The notes beneath the pieces are model-generated. The model ran no database searches, was not told the origin of the DNA, and saw nothing but the letters and a program-made list of their open reading frames with translations. A program made the translations under genes and the position numbers. Shown piece by piece: positions 14,950 to 31,190 of a stretch of DNA of 64,000 nucleotides. Position 1 is the stretch's first letter. Every line of letters starts with the position of its first letter. Where the stretch lies: the NCBI RefSeq assembly GCF_009914755.1, contig NC_060933.1, one strand, 5' to 3'. Source of the DNA: the human T2T-CHM13v2.0 reference genome, Homo sapiens.

Positions 14950-17050
14950 AAGAACCCGACTGCAGGGGAATGGAATGGAATGGAATGCAATGGAATGGAT
15001 TCAACTTGAATGGAATGGAAAGAATGGAATCAACACGAGTGGAATGGCATGGATTGGAATGGAATGGAATGGAATCAACCCGAGTACAGGGGAATGGAAT
15101 GGAATGGAATGCAATGGAATGGAATCATCCGTAATGGAATGGAAAGGAATGGAATGGAATGGAATGGAATTGAATGGAATGGAATGGAATCAACTCGATT
15201 GCAATCGAACGGAATGGAATGGAATTAACCCGAATAGAATGGAATGGAATGGAATGGAACGGAACGGAACGGAATGGAATGCATTGGAATGGAATGGAAT
15301 GGAATGGAATGGAATGGAACGGAAAGGAATGGAATGGAATGGTATGGAATGGAATGGAATCAACGCGAGTGCAAGGGAATGGAATGGAATGGAATGGAAT
15401 GCAACGGAATGGAATCTTCCGGAATGGAATGGAATGGAATGGAATGGAATGGAATGGAATAAACCCGAGTGCAATGGAATGGAGTGGAATGGAATGGAAT
15501 GGAATGGAACAACCCGAATGGAATGGAATGTAATGGAGAGTAAGGGAGTTGAATAGAATCAATCCGAATGTAATGGAAAGGAATGGAACAGAATGGAATT
15601 GATTGGAATGGAATGGAATGCAATGGAATGGAATCAACCCGATTGCAATGGAATGGAGAGGAATGGAATGGAATGGAACGGAATGGAATGGAATGGAATG
15701 GAATGGAACGGAATGGAATGGAATGCAATGGAATGGAATCAACCCGAGCGCAATCGAAAGGAATCGAATGGAATGGAATGCAATGGAATGGATTCAACTT
15801 GAATGGAATGGAATGAATGGAATCAACACGAGTGGAAGGGCATGGATTGGAATGCAATGGAATGGAATCAACCCGAGTACAGGGGAATGGAATGGAATGG
15901 AATGCAATGGAATGGAATCATCCGTAATGGAATGGAAAGGAACGGAATGGAATGGAAAGGAATGGAATGGAATGGAATGGAATGGAATCAACACGATTGA
16001 AATCGAATGGAATGGAATGGAATTAACCCGAATAGAATGGAATGGAATGGAATGGAACGGAACGGAATGGAATGGAATGGAATGGAACGGAACGGAACGG
16101 AACGGAATGGAATGGAATGGAATGGAATGGAATGGAATCAACGCGAGTGCAGGGGAATGGAATGGAATGGAATGCAATGGAATGGAATATTCCGGAATGG
16201 AATGGAATGGAATGGAATGGAATGAAATGCAGTGGATTCAACTCGATTGCAATGGAATGGAATGGAATGGAATGGAATGGAATTAACCTGAATAGAATGG
16301 AATGGAATGGAACGGAATGGAATGGAATGGAATGGAATGGAATGGAATGGAATGGAATGGAATGGTATGGAATGGAATGGAATGGTACGGAATAGAATGG
16401 AATGGAACGAATTGTAATGGAATGGAATTGAATGGAATGGAATGGAATGGAATGGAATCAACGCGAGTGCAGGGGAATGGAATGGAACGGAATGCAATGG
16501 AATGGAATCATCCGGAATGGAATGGAATGGAAAGGAATGGAATGGAATGGAATCAACACGAGTGCAATGGAATGGAGTAGAATGGAATGGAATGGAATGC
16601 AACAACCCGAATGGAATGGAATGTAATGGACAGTAAGGGAGTTGAATAGAATCAATCCGAATGTAATGGAATGGAATGCAACGGAATGGAATGGAATGGA
16701 ATGGAATGGAATGGAATGGAATGGAATGCAAAGGAATGGAATCAACCCGAGTGGAATGGCATGGAATGGAATGCAACGGAATGGAATGGAATGGAATCAA
16801 CTCGAGTGGAAAGGAATGGAATGGAATGGAAAGCAATGGAATGAAGTCAACTCGAGTGGAATGGAATGGAATGGAATGGATTGGAATGGATTGCAATGGA
16901 ATGAAATGGAATGGAATGGAATGGAATCAATCATTCCGAGTGGAATGGAAGGGAATGTAATAGAGTGGAAAGAAGGGAATGGAATCAACCCGAGTGGAAT
17001 GCAAGGCAATGGAATGGAATGGAAAGGAATGGAATGGAATCACCTCGATT
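14950..17050 (+). repeat. Direct copy of ~3370-5540 (offset ~11.5 kb)
   Basis: ORF pairs 4298/15794, 4527/16023 and 4546/16042 (offset 11496), and 5291/16797. Shared rare words CCCGAGCGCAATCGAAAGG, GGAATATTCCGG and GAAATGCAGTGG. Confidence 0.85.
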
Positions 17051-18018
17051 GCAATGGAATGGAATGGAATGGAATGGAATTAACCGGAATAGAATGGAAT
17101 GGAATGGAATGGAACGGAATGGAATGGAATGGAAGGGAATGGAATCAACACGAGTGCAGGGGAATGGAATGGAATGGAATGCAATGGAATGGAATCATCC
17201 GGAATGGAATGGAATGGAATGGAATGCAAAGCAATGGAATCAACTCAATTGCAATGGAATGGAATGGAATGGAAAGGAATAGAATTGAATCAACCCGAGT
17301 GTAATGGAATGGAAAGGACTGGAATGGAGTGGAATGGAATGGAATGTAATGGAATGGAATCAACTCGATTGGAATGGAATCTAATGGAATGGAATGGAAT
17401 GGAATTAACCCGAATGGAATGGAATGGAATGGAATGGAACGGAATGGAATGGAATGGAATGGAATGGAATGGAATCAACCCGACTGCAGGGGAATGGAAT
17501 GGAATGGAATGGAATGGAATGGAATCATCCGGAACGGAATGGAATGGAATGGAATGGAATCAACTCGATTGCAATGGAATGGAATGGAATGGAATCGAAT
17601 CGAATGGAATGGAATGGAATTAACCGGAATAGAATGGAATGGAATGGAATGGAACGGAATGGAATGGAATGGAATGGAATGGAATCAACCCGAGTGCAGG
17701 GAATGGAATGGAATGGAATGCAATGGAATGGAATCATCCGGAATGCAATGGAATGGAATGGAATGCAATCAACCTGATGCAATGGAATGGAGTGGAATGG
17801 AATGGAATGGAATGGAAACATCCCGAATGCAATGGAATGTAATGGAGTGTAAGGGAATTGAATAGAATCAATCCGAATGTAATGGAATGGAATGGAATGA
17901 AATGGAATGGAATGGAATGGAATCAACCCGAGTGCAATGGAATGGAGAGGAATGGAATGGAATGGAATGGAATCAACGCGAGTGCAGGGGAATGGAATGT
18001 AATGGAATGCAATGGAAT

Positions 18019-18033
18019 GGAATCTTCCAGAAT
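18019..18033 (+). promoter_or_regulatory. HSE-like motif with an AGAAn unit
   Basis: GGAAT-CTTCC-AGAAT matches nGAAnnTTCnnGAAn. Confidence 0.45.
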
Positions 18034-20749
18034 GGAATGGAATGGAATGGAATGCAATGGATTCAACTCGATTACAATGGAATGGAATAGAATGGAATGG
18101 AATGGAATGGAATGGAATTAACCCGAATAGAATGGAATGGAATGGAACGGAATGGAACGGAACGGAATGTAATGGAATGGAATGGAATGGAATGGAATGG
18201 AATGGTGTGGAATGGAATGGAATGGTGTGGAATGGAATGGAATGGAATGGAATCAACGCGAGTGCAGGGGAATGTAATGGAACGGAATGTAATGGAATGG
18301 AATCATCCGGAATGGAATGGAATGGAATGGAATGGAATGGAATGGAATCAACCCGAGTGCAATGGAATGGAGTGGAATGGAATGGAGTGGAATGGAATGG
18401 AACAACCCGAATGGAATGGAATGGAATGGAGAGTAAGGGAGTTGAATAGAATCAATCCGAATGTAATGGAATGGAATGGAACGGAATGGAATGGAATGGA
18501 ATGGAATGCAATTGAATGGAATCAACCCGAGTACAATGGAATGGAATGGAATGGAATGGAATGGAATGGAATGGAATGGAATGGAATGGCTTCAAACCGA
18601 ATGGAATGGAAAGGAATGGAATCAACACGAGTGGAATGGAATGGAATGGAATGCAATGCAATCGAATGGAATGGAATGGTATGGAATAGAATGGAATGGA
18701 AAGAAATGGAATGGAATGGAATGGAATGGAATGGAATGGAATGGAATGGAATCGTTCTGAGTGGAATAGGAGGGAATGTATTCGAGTGGATTGGAAAGGA
18801 ATGGAATCAACCAGAGTGGAATGGAAGGGAATGGAATGGAATGGAAACTAATAGAATGGAATCAACCCGAGTGGAATGGAATGGAAAGGAATGGAATGGA
18901 ATGGAATGGAATGGAATGGAATGGAATCAACTCGATTGTAATGGAATGGAATGGAATGGAATGGAATGGAATGGAATGGAATGGAATTAACCCAAATGCA
19001 ATGGAATGGAATGGAATGGAACGGAATGGAGTGGAATGTAATGGAATCAACCCGAGTGCAGGGGAATGGAATGGAATGGAATGCAATGGAATGGAATCAT
19101 CCGGAATGGAATGGAATGGAATGGAATGCAAAGCAATGGAATCAACTCGATTGCAATGGAATGGAATGGACTGGAAAGGAATACATTGGAATCAACCCGA
19201 GTGGAATGCAATGGAAAGGACTGGAATGGAGTGGAATGGAATGGAATGGAATGGAATGGAATCAACTCGATTGGAATGGAATGGAATGGAATGGAATGGA
19301 ATGGAATTAACCCGAATAGAATGGAATGGAATTAAATGGAACGGAACGGAATGGAATGGAATGGAATGGAATGGAATGGAATGGAATGGAATTAACCCGA
19401 ATAGAATGGAATGGAATGGAATGGAACGGAACGGAATGGAATGGAATGGAATGGAATGGAATGGAATGGAATGGAATCAACCCGACTGCAGGGGAATGGA
19501 ATGGAATGGAATGCAATGGAATGGATTCAACTTGAATGGAATGGAAAGAATGGAATCAACACGAGTGGAATGGCATGGATTGGAATGGAATGGAATGGAA
19601 TGAACCCGAGTACAGGGGATTGGAATGGAATGGAATGCAATGGAATGGAATCATCCGTAATGGAATGGAAAGAATGGAATGGAATGGAATGGAATGGAAT
19701 GGAATGGAATGGAATCAACTCGATTGCAATCGAATGCAATGGAATGGAATTAACCCGAATAGAATAGAATGGAATGGAATGGAACGGAACGGAACGGAAT
19801 GGAATGGAATTGAATGGAATGGAATGGAATGGAATGGAACGGAAAGGAATGGAATGGAATGGAATGGAATGGAATGGAATGGAATCAACGCGAGTGCAGG
19901 GGAATGGAATGGAATGGAATGCAATGGAATGGAATCTTCCGGAATGGAATGGAATGGAATGGAATGGAATGGAATGGAATAAACCCGAGTGCAATGGAAT
20001 GGAGTGGAATGGAATGGAATGGAATGGAACAGCTCGAATGGAATGGAATGTAATGGAGAGTAAGGGAGTTGAATAGAATCACTCCGAATGTAATGGAATG
20101 GAATGGAACAGAATGGAATTGAATGGAATGGAATGGAATGGAATGCAATGGAATGGAATCAACCGGAGTACAATGGAATGGAATGGAATGGAATCGAATG
20201 GAATGGAATGGAATGGAATGGAATGGAATTGAATGGAATGGAATGCCTTCAAACCGAATGGAATGGAAAGGAATGGAATCAACACGAGTGGAATGGAATG
20301 GAATGGAAAGTAATGGAATGGAATGGAATGGTACGGAATAGAATGGAATGGAACGAAATGGAATGGAATGGAATGAAATGGAATGGAATGGAATGGAATA
20401 GAATCGTTCCGAGTGGAATAGGAGGGAATGTATTCGAGTGGAATGGGAAGGAATGGAATCAACCAGAGTGGAATGGAAGGGAATGGAATGGAATGGAAAC
20501 TAATAGAATGGAATCAACCAGAGTGGAATGGAATGGAAAGGACTGGAATGGAATGGAATGGAATGGAATGGAATGGAATGGAATCAACTCGATTGTAATG
20601 GAATGGAATGGAATGGAATGGAATGGAATGGAATTAACCCGAATACAATGGAAAGAATTGGAGTGGAATGGAACGGAACGGAGTGGAATGGAATGGAATC
20701 AACCCGAGTGCAGGGGAATGGAATGGAATGGAATGGAATGGAATGGAAT

Positions 20750-23700
20750 GGAATGGAATCAACCCGAGTGCAGGGGAATGTAATGGAACGGAATGCAATG
20801 GAATGGAATCATCCGGAATGGAATGGAAAGGAATGCAATGGAATGGAATGGAATGGAATGAAATAGAATGGAATCAACTCGATTGCAATCGAATGGAATG
20901 GAATGGAATTAACCCGAATAGAATGGAATGGAATGGAATGGAATGGAACGGAACGGAATTGAATGGAATGGAATGGAATGGAACGGAAAGGAATGGAATG
21001 GAATGGAATGGAATGGAATGGAATGGAATGGAATCAACGCGAGTGCAGGGGAATGGAATGGAATGGAATGGAATGGAATGGAATGGAATCAACCCGAGTG
21101 CAATGGAATGGAGTGGAATGGAATGGAATGGAATGGAACAACCCGAATGGAATGGAATGTAATGGAGAGTAAGGGAGTTGAAAAGAATCAATCCGAATGT
21201 AATGGAATGGAATGGAACGGAATAGAAAGGAATGGAATGGAATGGAATGGAATGGAATGGAATGGAATGGAATGCAATGGAATGGAATCAACCCAAGTGC
21301 AATCGAATGGAATCGAATGGAATGGAATGCAATGGAATGGATTCAACTTGAATGGAATGGAAAGAATGGAATCAACACGAGTGGAATGGCATGGATTGGA
21401 ATGGAATGGAATGGAATCAACCCAAGTACAGGGGAATGGAATGGAATGGAATGCAATGGAATGGAATCATCCGTAATGGAATGGAAAGGAATGGAATGGA
21501 ATGGAATGGAATGGAATGGAATGGTATGGAATGGAATGGAATGGAATGGAATCAACGCGAGTGCAGGGGAATGTAATGGAACGGAATGCAATGGAATGGA
21601 ATCATCCGGAATGGAATGGAATGGAATGGAATGGAATGGAATGGAATCAACCCGAGTGCAATGGAATGGAGTGGAATGGAATGGAATGGAATGGAACAAC
21701 CCGAATGGAATGGAATGTAATGGAGAGTAACGGAGTTGAATAGAATAAATTCGAATGTAATGGAATGGAATGGAATGGAATGGAATGGAATGGAATCAAC
21801 CCGAGTGCAGGGGAATGGAATGGAATGGAATTCAATGGAATGGAACCATCCGGAATGGAATGGAATGGAATGGAATGGAATGGAATGGAATGGAATGGAA
21901 TGGAATCAACCCGAGTGCAATGGAATGGAGAGGAATGGAATGGAACGGAATGGAAACTACCCGATTGGAATGTAATGTAATGGAGTGTAAGGGAATTGAA
22001 TAGAATGAATCCGAATGGAATGGAATGGAATGGAACGGAATGGAACGGAATGCAATGGAATGGAATGGAATGGAATGGAATGGAATGGAATGGAATGGAA
22101 TGGAATGGAATGGTATGGAATGGAATGGTACGGAATAGAATGGAAAGGAAAGAATTGGAATGGAATGGAATGGAATGGAATGGAATGGAATGGAATGGAA
22201 TCAACCCGAGTGCAGGGGAATGTAATGGAACGGAATGCAATGGAATGGAATCATCCGGAATGGAATGGAAAGGAATGGAATGGAATGGAATGGAATGGAA
22301 TGGAATGGAATAGAATGGAATCAACTCGATTGCAATCGAATGGAATGGAATGGAATTAACCCGAATAGAATGGAATGGAATGGAATGGAACGGAACGGAA
22401 TTGAATGGAATGGAATGGATTGGAACGGAATGGAATGGAATGGAATGGAATGGAATAGAATCAACGCGAGTGCAGGGGAATGGAATGGAATGGAATGGAA
22501 TGGAATGGAATCAACCCGAGTGCAATTGAATGGAGTGGATTGGAATGGAATGGAATGGAACAACCCGAATGGAATGGAATGTAATGGAGAGTAAGGGAGT
22601 TGAAAAGAATCAATCCGAATGTAATGGAATGGAATGGAACGGAATAGAATGGAATGGAATGGAATGGAATGGAATGGAATGCAATGGAATGGAATCAACC
22701 CGAGTGCAATCGAATGGAATCGAATGGAATGGAATGCAATGGAATGGATTCAACTTGAATGGAATGGAAAGAATGGAATCAACACGAGTGGAATGGCATG
22801 GATTGGAATGGAATGGAATGGAATCAACCCAAGTACAGGGGAATGGAATGGAATGGAATGCAATGGAATGGAATCATCCGTAATGGAATGGAAAGGAATG
22901 GAATGGAATGGAATGGAATGGAATGGAATGGATTGGAATCAACTCGATTGTAATCGAATGGAATGGAATGGAATTAACCCCAATAGAATGGAATGGAATG
23001 GAATGGAACGGAAAGGAATGGAAGGGAATGGAATGGAATGGAATGCAATGGAACGGAAAGGAATGGAATGGAATGGAATGGAATGGAATGGATTCAACGC
23101 GAGTGCAGGGGAATGGAATGGAATGGAATGCAATGGAATGGAATCTTCCGGAATGGATTGGAATGGAATGGAATGGAATGCAATGGATTCAACTCGATTG
23201 CAATGGAGTGGAATAGAATGGAATGGAATGGAATTGAATTAACCCGAATAGAATGGAATGGAATGGAATGGAACGGAACGGAACGGAACGGAATGGAATG
23301 GAATGGAATGGAATGGAATGGAATTGTATGGAATGGAATGGAATGGTACGGAATAGAATGGAATGGAAAGAATTGGAATGGAATGGAAACGAATGGAATG
23401 ATATGGAATGGAATGGAATGGAATGGACTCAACCCGAGTGCAGGCGAATGTAATGGAACGGAATGCAATGGAATGGAATCATCCGGAATGGAATGGAATG
23501 GAATGGAATGGAATGGAATGAAATCAACCCGAGTGCAATGGAATGGAATGGAATGGAATGGAATGGAACAACCCGAATGGAATGCAATGTAATGGAGAGT
23601 AAGGGAGTTGAATAGAATCAATCCGAATGTAATGGAATGGAATGCAACGGAATGGAATGGAATGGAATGGAATGGAATGGAATGCAACGGAATGGAATCA

Positions 23701-26700
23701 ACCCGAGTACAATGGAATGGAATGGTATGGAATCGAATGGAATGGAATGGAATGGAATGGAATTGAATGGAATGGAATGCCTTCAAACCGAATGGAATGG
23801 AAAGGAATGGAATCAACACGAGTGGAATGGAATGGAATGGAAAGTAATGGAATGGAATGGAATGGTACGGAATAGAATGGAATGGAACGAAATGGAATGG
23901 AATGGAATGGAATGGAATGGAATGGAATCGTTCCGAGTGGAATAGGAGGGAATGTATTCGAGTGGAATGGAAAGGAATGGAATCAACCAGAGTGGAATGG
24001 AAGGGAATGGAATGGAATGGAAACTAATAGAATGGAATCAACCCGAGTGGAATGGAATGGAAAGGACTGGAATGGAATTGAATGGAATGGAATGGAATGG
24101 AATGGAATGGAATCAACTCGATTGTAATGGAATGGAATGGAATGGAATGGAATGGAATGGAATGGAATGGAATTAACCCGAATACAATGGAATGGAATGG
24201 AATGGAATGGAACGGAACGGAGTGGAATGGAATGGAATCAACCCGAGTGCAGGGGAATGGAATGGAATGGAATGCAATGGAATGGAATCATTCAGAATGG
24301 AATGGAATGGAATGGAATGCAAAGCAATGGAATCAACTCGATTGCAATGGAATCAACTCGATTGCAATGGAATGGAATGGAATCAACCCGAGTGGAATGG
24401 AAAGGAAAGGACTGGAATGGAGTGGAATGGAATGGAATGGAATGGAATGGAATCAACTCGATTGGAATGCAATGGAATGTAAAGGAATGGAATGGAATGG
24501 AATGGAATTAACCCGAATAGAATGGAATGGAATGGAATGGAACGGAATGGAATGGAATGGAATGGAATCAACCCGACTGCAGGGGAATGGAATGGAATGG
24601 AATGGAATGGAATGGAATGGAATCATCCGGAACGGAATGGAATGGAATGGAATGGAATCAACTCGATTGCAATGGAATGGAATGGAATGGAATGGAATCG
24701 AATGGAATGGAATGGAATTAACCGGAATAGAATGCAATGGAATGGAATGGAACGGAAAGGAATGGAATGGAATGGAATGGAATGGAATGGAATGGAATGG
24801 AATGGAATGGAATGGAATCAACCCGAGTGCAGGGGAATGGAATGGAATTGAATGCAATGGAATGGAATCATCCGGAATGGAATGGAATGGAATGGAATGC
24901 AATCAACCTGATGCAATGGAATGGAGTGGAATGGAATGGAATGGAATGGAAACATCCCGAATGGAATGGCATGGAATGGAGTGTAAGGGAATTGAATAGA
25001 ATCAATCCGAATGTAATGGAATGGAATGGAATGAAATGGAAAGGAATGGAATGGAATGGAATCAACCCGAGTGCAATGGAATGGATTCGAATGGAATGGA
25101 ATGGAATGGAATGGATTCAACAAGAATGGAATGGAAAGGAATGGAATCAACCCGAGTGTAATGGAATGGAATGGAACGGAATGGAATGGGATGGAATGGA
25201 ATGCTACGGAATAGAATGGAATGGAATGAAATGGAATGGAATGGAATGGAATGGAATGAACCCGTGTGCAATGGAATGGAATGGAATGGAATGGAATGGA
25301 TTCAACTCGAATGGAATCAACTCGATTGCAATGGAATGGAATGGAATGGAAAGGAATAGAATGGAATCAACCCGAGTGAAATGGAATGGAAAGGACTGGA
25401 ATGGAGTGGAATGGAATGGAATGGAAATAACCCGAATAGAATGGAATGGAACGGAATGGAACGGAATGTAATGGAATGGAATGGAATGGAATCAACCCGA
25501 ATGCAGAGGAATGGAATGGAATGGAATGCAATGGAATGGAATCATCCAGAATGGAATGGAATGGAATGGAATGGAATGGAATGGAATGGAATGGAATCAA
25601 CTCGATTTCAATGGAATGGAATGGAATAGAATGGAATGGAATTAACAAGAAAAGAATGGAATGGAATGGAATAGAATGGAACAGAAAGGAATGGAATGGA
25701 ATGGAATGGAATCAACCCAAGTGCAGGGGAATGGAATGGAATGGAATTCCATGGAATGGAATCATCCGGAATGGAATGGAATGGAATGGAATGGAATGGA
25801 ATGGAATGGAATCAACCCGAGTGCAATGGAATGGAGAGGAATGGAATGGAATGGAATGGAAACTACCCGAATGGAATGGAATGTAATGGAGTGTAAGGGA
25901 ATTGAATAGAATGAATCCAAATGGAATGGAATGGAATGGAATGGAATGGAATGGAATGGAATGGAATGCAATGCCATGGAATCAACCCGAGTGCAATCGA
26001 ATGGAATCGAATGGAATGGAATGCAATGGAACGGATTCAACTTGAATGGAATGGAAAGAATGGAATCAACACGAGTGGAATGGCATGGATTGGAATGGAA
26101 TGGAATGGAATCAACCCGAGTACAGGGGAATGGAATGGAATGGAATGAAATGGAATGGAATCATCCGAAATGTAATGGAAAGGAATGGAATGGAATGGAA
26201 TGGAATGGAATGGAATGGAGTGTAATGGAATCAACTCGATTGCAATCGAATGGAATGGAATGGAATGGAACGGAACGGAATGGAATGGAATGGAATGGAA
26301 TGGAATGGAATGGAATGGAACCGATCGGAATGGAATGGAATGGAATGGAATGGAATGGAATCAACGCGAGTGTAGGGGAATGGAAAGGAATGGAATGCAA
26401 TGGAATGGAATCTTCCGGAATGGAATGGAATGGAATGGAATGGAATGGAATGGAATCAACCCGAGTACAGGGGAATGGAATGGAATGTAATGCAATGGAA
26501 TGGAATCATCCGTAATGGAATGGAAATGAATGGAATGGAATGGAATGGAATGGAATGGAATGGAATGGAATCAACTCGATTGCAATCGAATGGAATGGAA
26601 TGGAATTAACCCGAATAAAATGGAACGGAATAGAATGGAACGGATCGGAAAGGAATGGAATGGAATGGAATGGAATGGCATGGAAGGGAATGGAATGGAA

Positions 26701-29700
26701 TAGAATGGAATGGAATGGAATGGAATCAACGCGAGTGCATGGGAATGGAATGGAATGGAATGCAATGGAATGGAATCTTCTGGAATGGAATGGAATGGAA
26801 TGGAATGGAATGCAATGGATTCAACTCGATTGCAATAGAATGGAATAGAATGGAATGGAATGGAATGGAATGGAATGGAAGTAACCCGAATAGATTGGAA
26901 TGGAACGGAATGGAACGGAACGGAACGGAACGGAATGCAATGGAATGGAATGGAATGGAATGGAATTGTATGGAATGGAATGGAATGGTACGGAATAGAA
27001 AGGAATGGAAAGAATTGGAATGGAATGGAATCGAATGGAATGGAATGGAATGGAATGGAACGGAACGGAACGGAACGGAATGGAATGGAATGGAATGGAA
27101 CGGAAAGGAATGGAATGGAATGCAATGGAATGGAATGGAATGGAATGGAATGGAATCAACGCGAGTGCAGGGGAATGGAATGGAATGGAATGCAATGGAA
27201 TGGAATCTTCCGGAATGGAATGGAATGGAATGGAATGGAACGGAATGGAATGCAATGGATTCAACTCGATTGCAATGGAATGGAATAGAATGGAATGGAA
27301 TGGAATGGAATGGAATTAACCCGAATAGAATGGAATGGAATGGAATGGAACGGAACGGAACGGAACGGAATGGAATGGAATGGAATGGAATGGAATGGAA
27401 TTGTATGGAATGGAATGGAATGGTACGGAATAGAATGGAATGGAATGGAATGGAATGGAATGGAATGGAATGGAATGGAATGGAATCAACCCGAGTGCAG
27501 AGGAATGTAATGGAACGGAATGCAATGGAATGGAATCATCCGGAATGGAATGGAATGGAATGGAATGGAATGGAATCAACCCGAGTGCAATGGAATGGAG
27601 TGAAATGGAATGGAATGGAATGGAACAACCCGAATGGAATGTAATGTAATGGAGAGTAAGGGAGTTGAATAGAATCAATCCGAAAGTAATGGAATGGAAC
27701 GGTATGGAATGGAATGGAATGGAATGGAATGGAATGGAATGGAATGCAATGGAATGGAATCAACCCGAGTACAATGGAATGGAATGGAATGGAATGGAAT
27801 GGAATATAATGGAATGGAATGGAATGGAATCAACCCGAGTGCAATGGAATGGAGAGGAATGGAATGGAATGGAATGGAAACTACCCGAATGGAATGGAAT
27901 GTAATGGAGTGTAAGGGAATTGAATAGAATCAATCCGAATGGAATGGAATGGAATGGAACGGAATGTAATGGAATGGAATGGAATGGAATGGAATCAACC
28001 CGAGTGCAGGGGAATGGAATGGAATGGAATGCAATGGAATGGAATCATCCGGAATGGAATGGAATGGAATGGAATGGAATGGAATGGAATGGAATGGAAT
28101 GGAATCAACCCGAGTGCAATGAAATGGAGAGGAATGGAATGGAATGGAATGGAAATTACCCGATTGGAATGTAATGTAATGGAGTGTAAGGGAATTGAAT
28201 AGAATGAATCCGAATGGAATGGAATGGAATGGAACGGAATGGAACGGAATGCAATGGAATGGAATGGAATGGAATGGAATGGAATGGAATGGAATGGAAT
28301 GGAATGGTATGGAATGGAATGGAATGGTACGGAATAGAATGGAAAGGAAAGAATTGGAATGGAATGGAATGGAATGGAATGGAATGGAATGGAATGGAAT
28401 GGAATCAACCCGAGTGCAGGGGAATGTAATGGAACGGAATGCAATGGAATGGAATCATCCGGAATGGAATGGAAAGGAATGCAATGGAATGGAATGGAAT
28501 GGAATGGAATAGAATGGAATCAACTCGATTGCAATCGAATGGAATGGAATGGAATTAACCCGAATAGAATGGAATGGAATGGAATGGAACGGAAAGGAAT
28601 TTAATGGAATGGAATGGAATGGAACGGAAAGGAATGGAATGGAATGGAATGGAATGGAATGGAATGGAATGGAATGCAATCAACGCGAGTGCAGGGGAAT
28701 GGAATGGAATGGAATGGAATGGAATGGAATGGAATGGAATCAACCCGAGTGCAATGGAATGGAGTGGAATGGAATGGAATGGAATGGAACAACCCGAATG
28801 GAATGGAATGTAATGGAGAGTAAGGGAGTTGAAAAGAATCAATCCGAATGTAATGGAATGGAATGGAACGGAATAGAAAGGAATGGAATGGAATGGAATG
28901 GAATGGAATGGAATGCAATGGAATGGAATCAACCCGAGTGCAATCGAATGGAATCGAATGGAATGGAATGCAATGGAATGGATTCAACTTGAATGGAATG
29001 GAAAGAATGGAATCAACACGAGTGGAATGGCATGGATTGGAATGGAATGGAATGGAATCAACCCAAGTACAGGGGAATGGAATGGAATGGAATGCAATGG
29101 AATGGAATCATCCGTAATGGAATGGAAAGGAATGGAATGGAATGGAATGGAATGGAATGGAATGGAATGGTATGGAATGGAATGGAATGGAATGGAATCA
29201 ACACGAGTGCAGGGGAATGTAATGGAACGGAATGCAATGTAATGGAATCATCCGGAATGGAATGGAATGGAATGGAATCAACCCGAGTGCAATGGAATGG
29301 AGTGGAATGGAATGGAATGCAATGGAACAACCCGAATGGAATGGAAAGTAATGGAGAGTAACGGAGATGAATAGAATAAATCCGAATGTAATGGAATGGA
29401 ATGGAAAGGAATGGAATGGAATAGAATGGAATGGAATGGAATCAACCCGAGTGCAGGGGAATGGAATGGAATTGAATAGAATGGAATGGAATGGAATCAA
29501 CCCGAGTGCAGGGGAATGGAATGGAATGGAATGCAATGGAATGGAACCATCCGGAATGGAATGGAATGGAATGGAATGGAATGGAATGGAATGGAATGGA
29601 ATGGAATGGAATCAACCCGAGTGCAATGGAATGGAGAGGAATGGAATGGAACGGAATGGAAACTACCCGATTGGAATGTAATGTAATGGAGTCTAAGGGA

Positions 29701-31190
29701 ATTGAATAGAATGAATCCGAATGGAATGGAATGGAATGGAACGGAATGGAACGGAATGCAATGGAATGGAAGGAATGGAATGGAATGGAATGGAATGGAA
29801 TGGAATGGAATGGAATGGTATGGAATGGAATGGTACGGAATAGAATGGAAAGGAAAGAATTGGAATGGAATGGAATGGAATGGAATGGAATGGAATCAAC
29901 CCGAGTGCAGGGGAATGTAATGGAACGGAATGCAATGGAATGGAATCATCCGGAACGGAAAGGAATGGAATGGAATGGAATGGAATGGAATGGAATGGAA
30001 TGGAATGGAATCAACGCGAGTGCAGGGGAATGGAATGGAATGGAATGCAATGGAATGGAATGGAATCAACCCGAGTGCAATGGAATGGAGTGGAATGGAA
30101 TGGAATGGAATGGAACAACCCGAATGGAATGGAATGTAATGGAGAGTAAGGGAGTTGAAAAGAATCAATCCGAATGTAATGGAATGGAATGGAACGGAAT
30201 AGAATGGAATGGAATGGAATGGAATGGAATGGAATGCAATGGAATGGAATCAACCGGAGTGCAATCGAATGGAATCGAATGGAATGGAATGCAATGGAAT
30301 GGATTCAACTTGAATGGAATGGAAAGAATGGAATCAACACGAGTGGAATGGCATGGATTGGAATGGAATGGAATGGAATCAACCCAAGTACAGGGGAATG
30401 GAATGGAATGGAATGCAATGGAATGGAATCATCCGTAATGGAATGGAAAGGAATGGAATGGAATGGAATGGAATGGAATGGATTGGAATCAACTCGATTG
30501 TAATCGAATGGAATGGAATGGAATTAACCCCAATAGAATGGAATGGAATGGAATGGAACGGAACGGAATGGAAGGGAATGGAATGGAATGGAATGCAATG
30601 GAACGGAAAGGAATGGAATGGAATGGAATGGAATGGAATGGATTCAACGCGAGTGCAGGGGAATGGAATGGAATGGAATGCAATGGAATGGAATCTTCCG
30701 GAATGGATTGGAATGGAATGGAATGGAATGCAATGGATTCAACTCGATTGCAATGGAGTGGAATAGAATGGAATGGAATGGAATGGAATTAACCCGAATA
30801 GAATGGAATGGAATGGAATGGAACGGAACGGAACGGAACGGAACGGAATGGAATGGAATGGAATGGAATGGAATGGAATTGTATGGAATGGAATGGAATG
30901 GTACGGAATAGAATGGAATGGAAAGAATTGGAATGGAATGGAAACGAATGGAATGATATGGAATGGAATGGAATGGAATGGACTCAACCCGAGTGCAGGC
31001 GAATGTAATGGAACGGAATGCAATGCAATGGAATCATCCGGAATGGAATGGAATGGAATGGAATGGAATGGAATCAACCTGAGTGCAATGCAATGGAGTG
31101 GAATGGAAAGGAATGGAATGGAACAGCACGAATGGAATGGAATGTAATGGAGAGTAAGGGAGTTGAATAGAATCAACCCGAATGTAATGG
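20750..31190 (+). repeat. Dispersed direct duplication: ~20750-23640 repeated at ~28390-31190 (offset ~7.55-7.65 kb)
   Basis: ORF pairs 21352/28993, 22634/30189, 22939/30489 and 23253/30808. Shared rare words GTTGAAAAGAATC, GTAACGGAG, TTAACCCCAATAG and GGACTCAACCCGAGTGCAGGCG. Confidence 0.85.
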
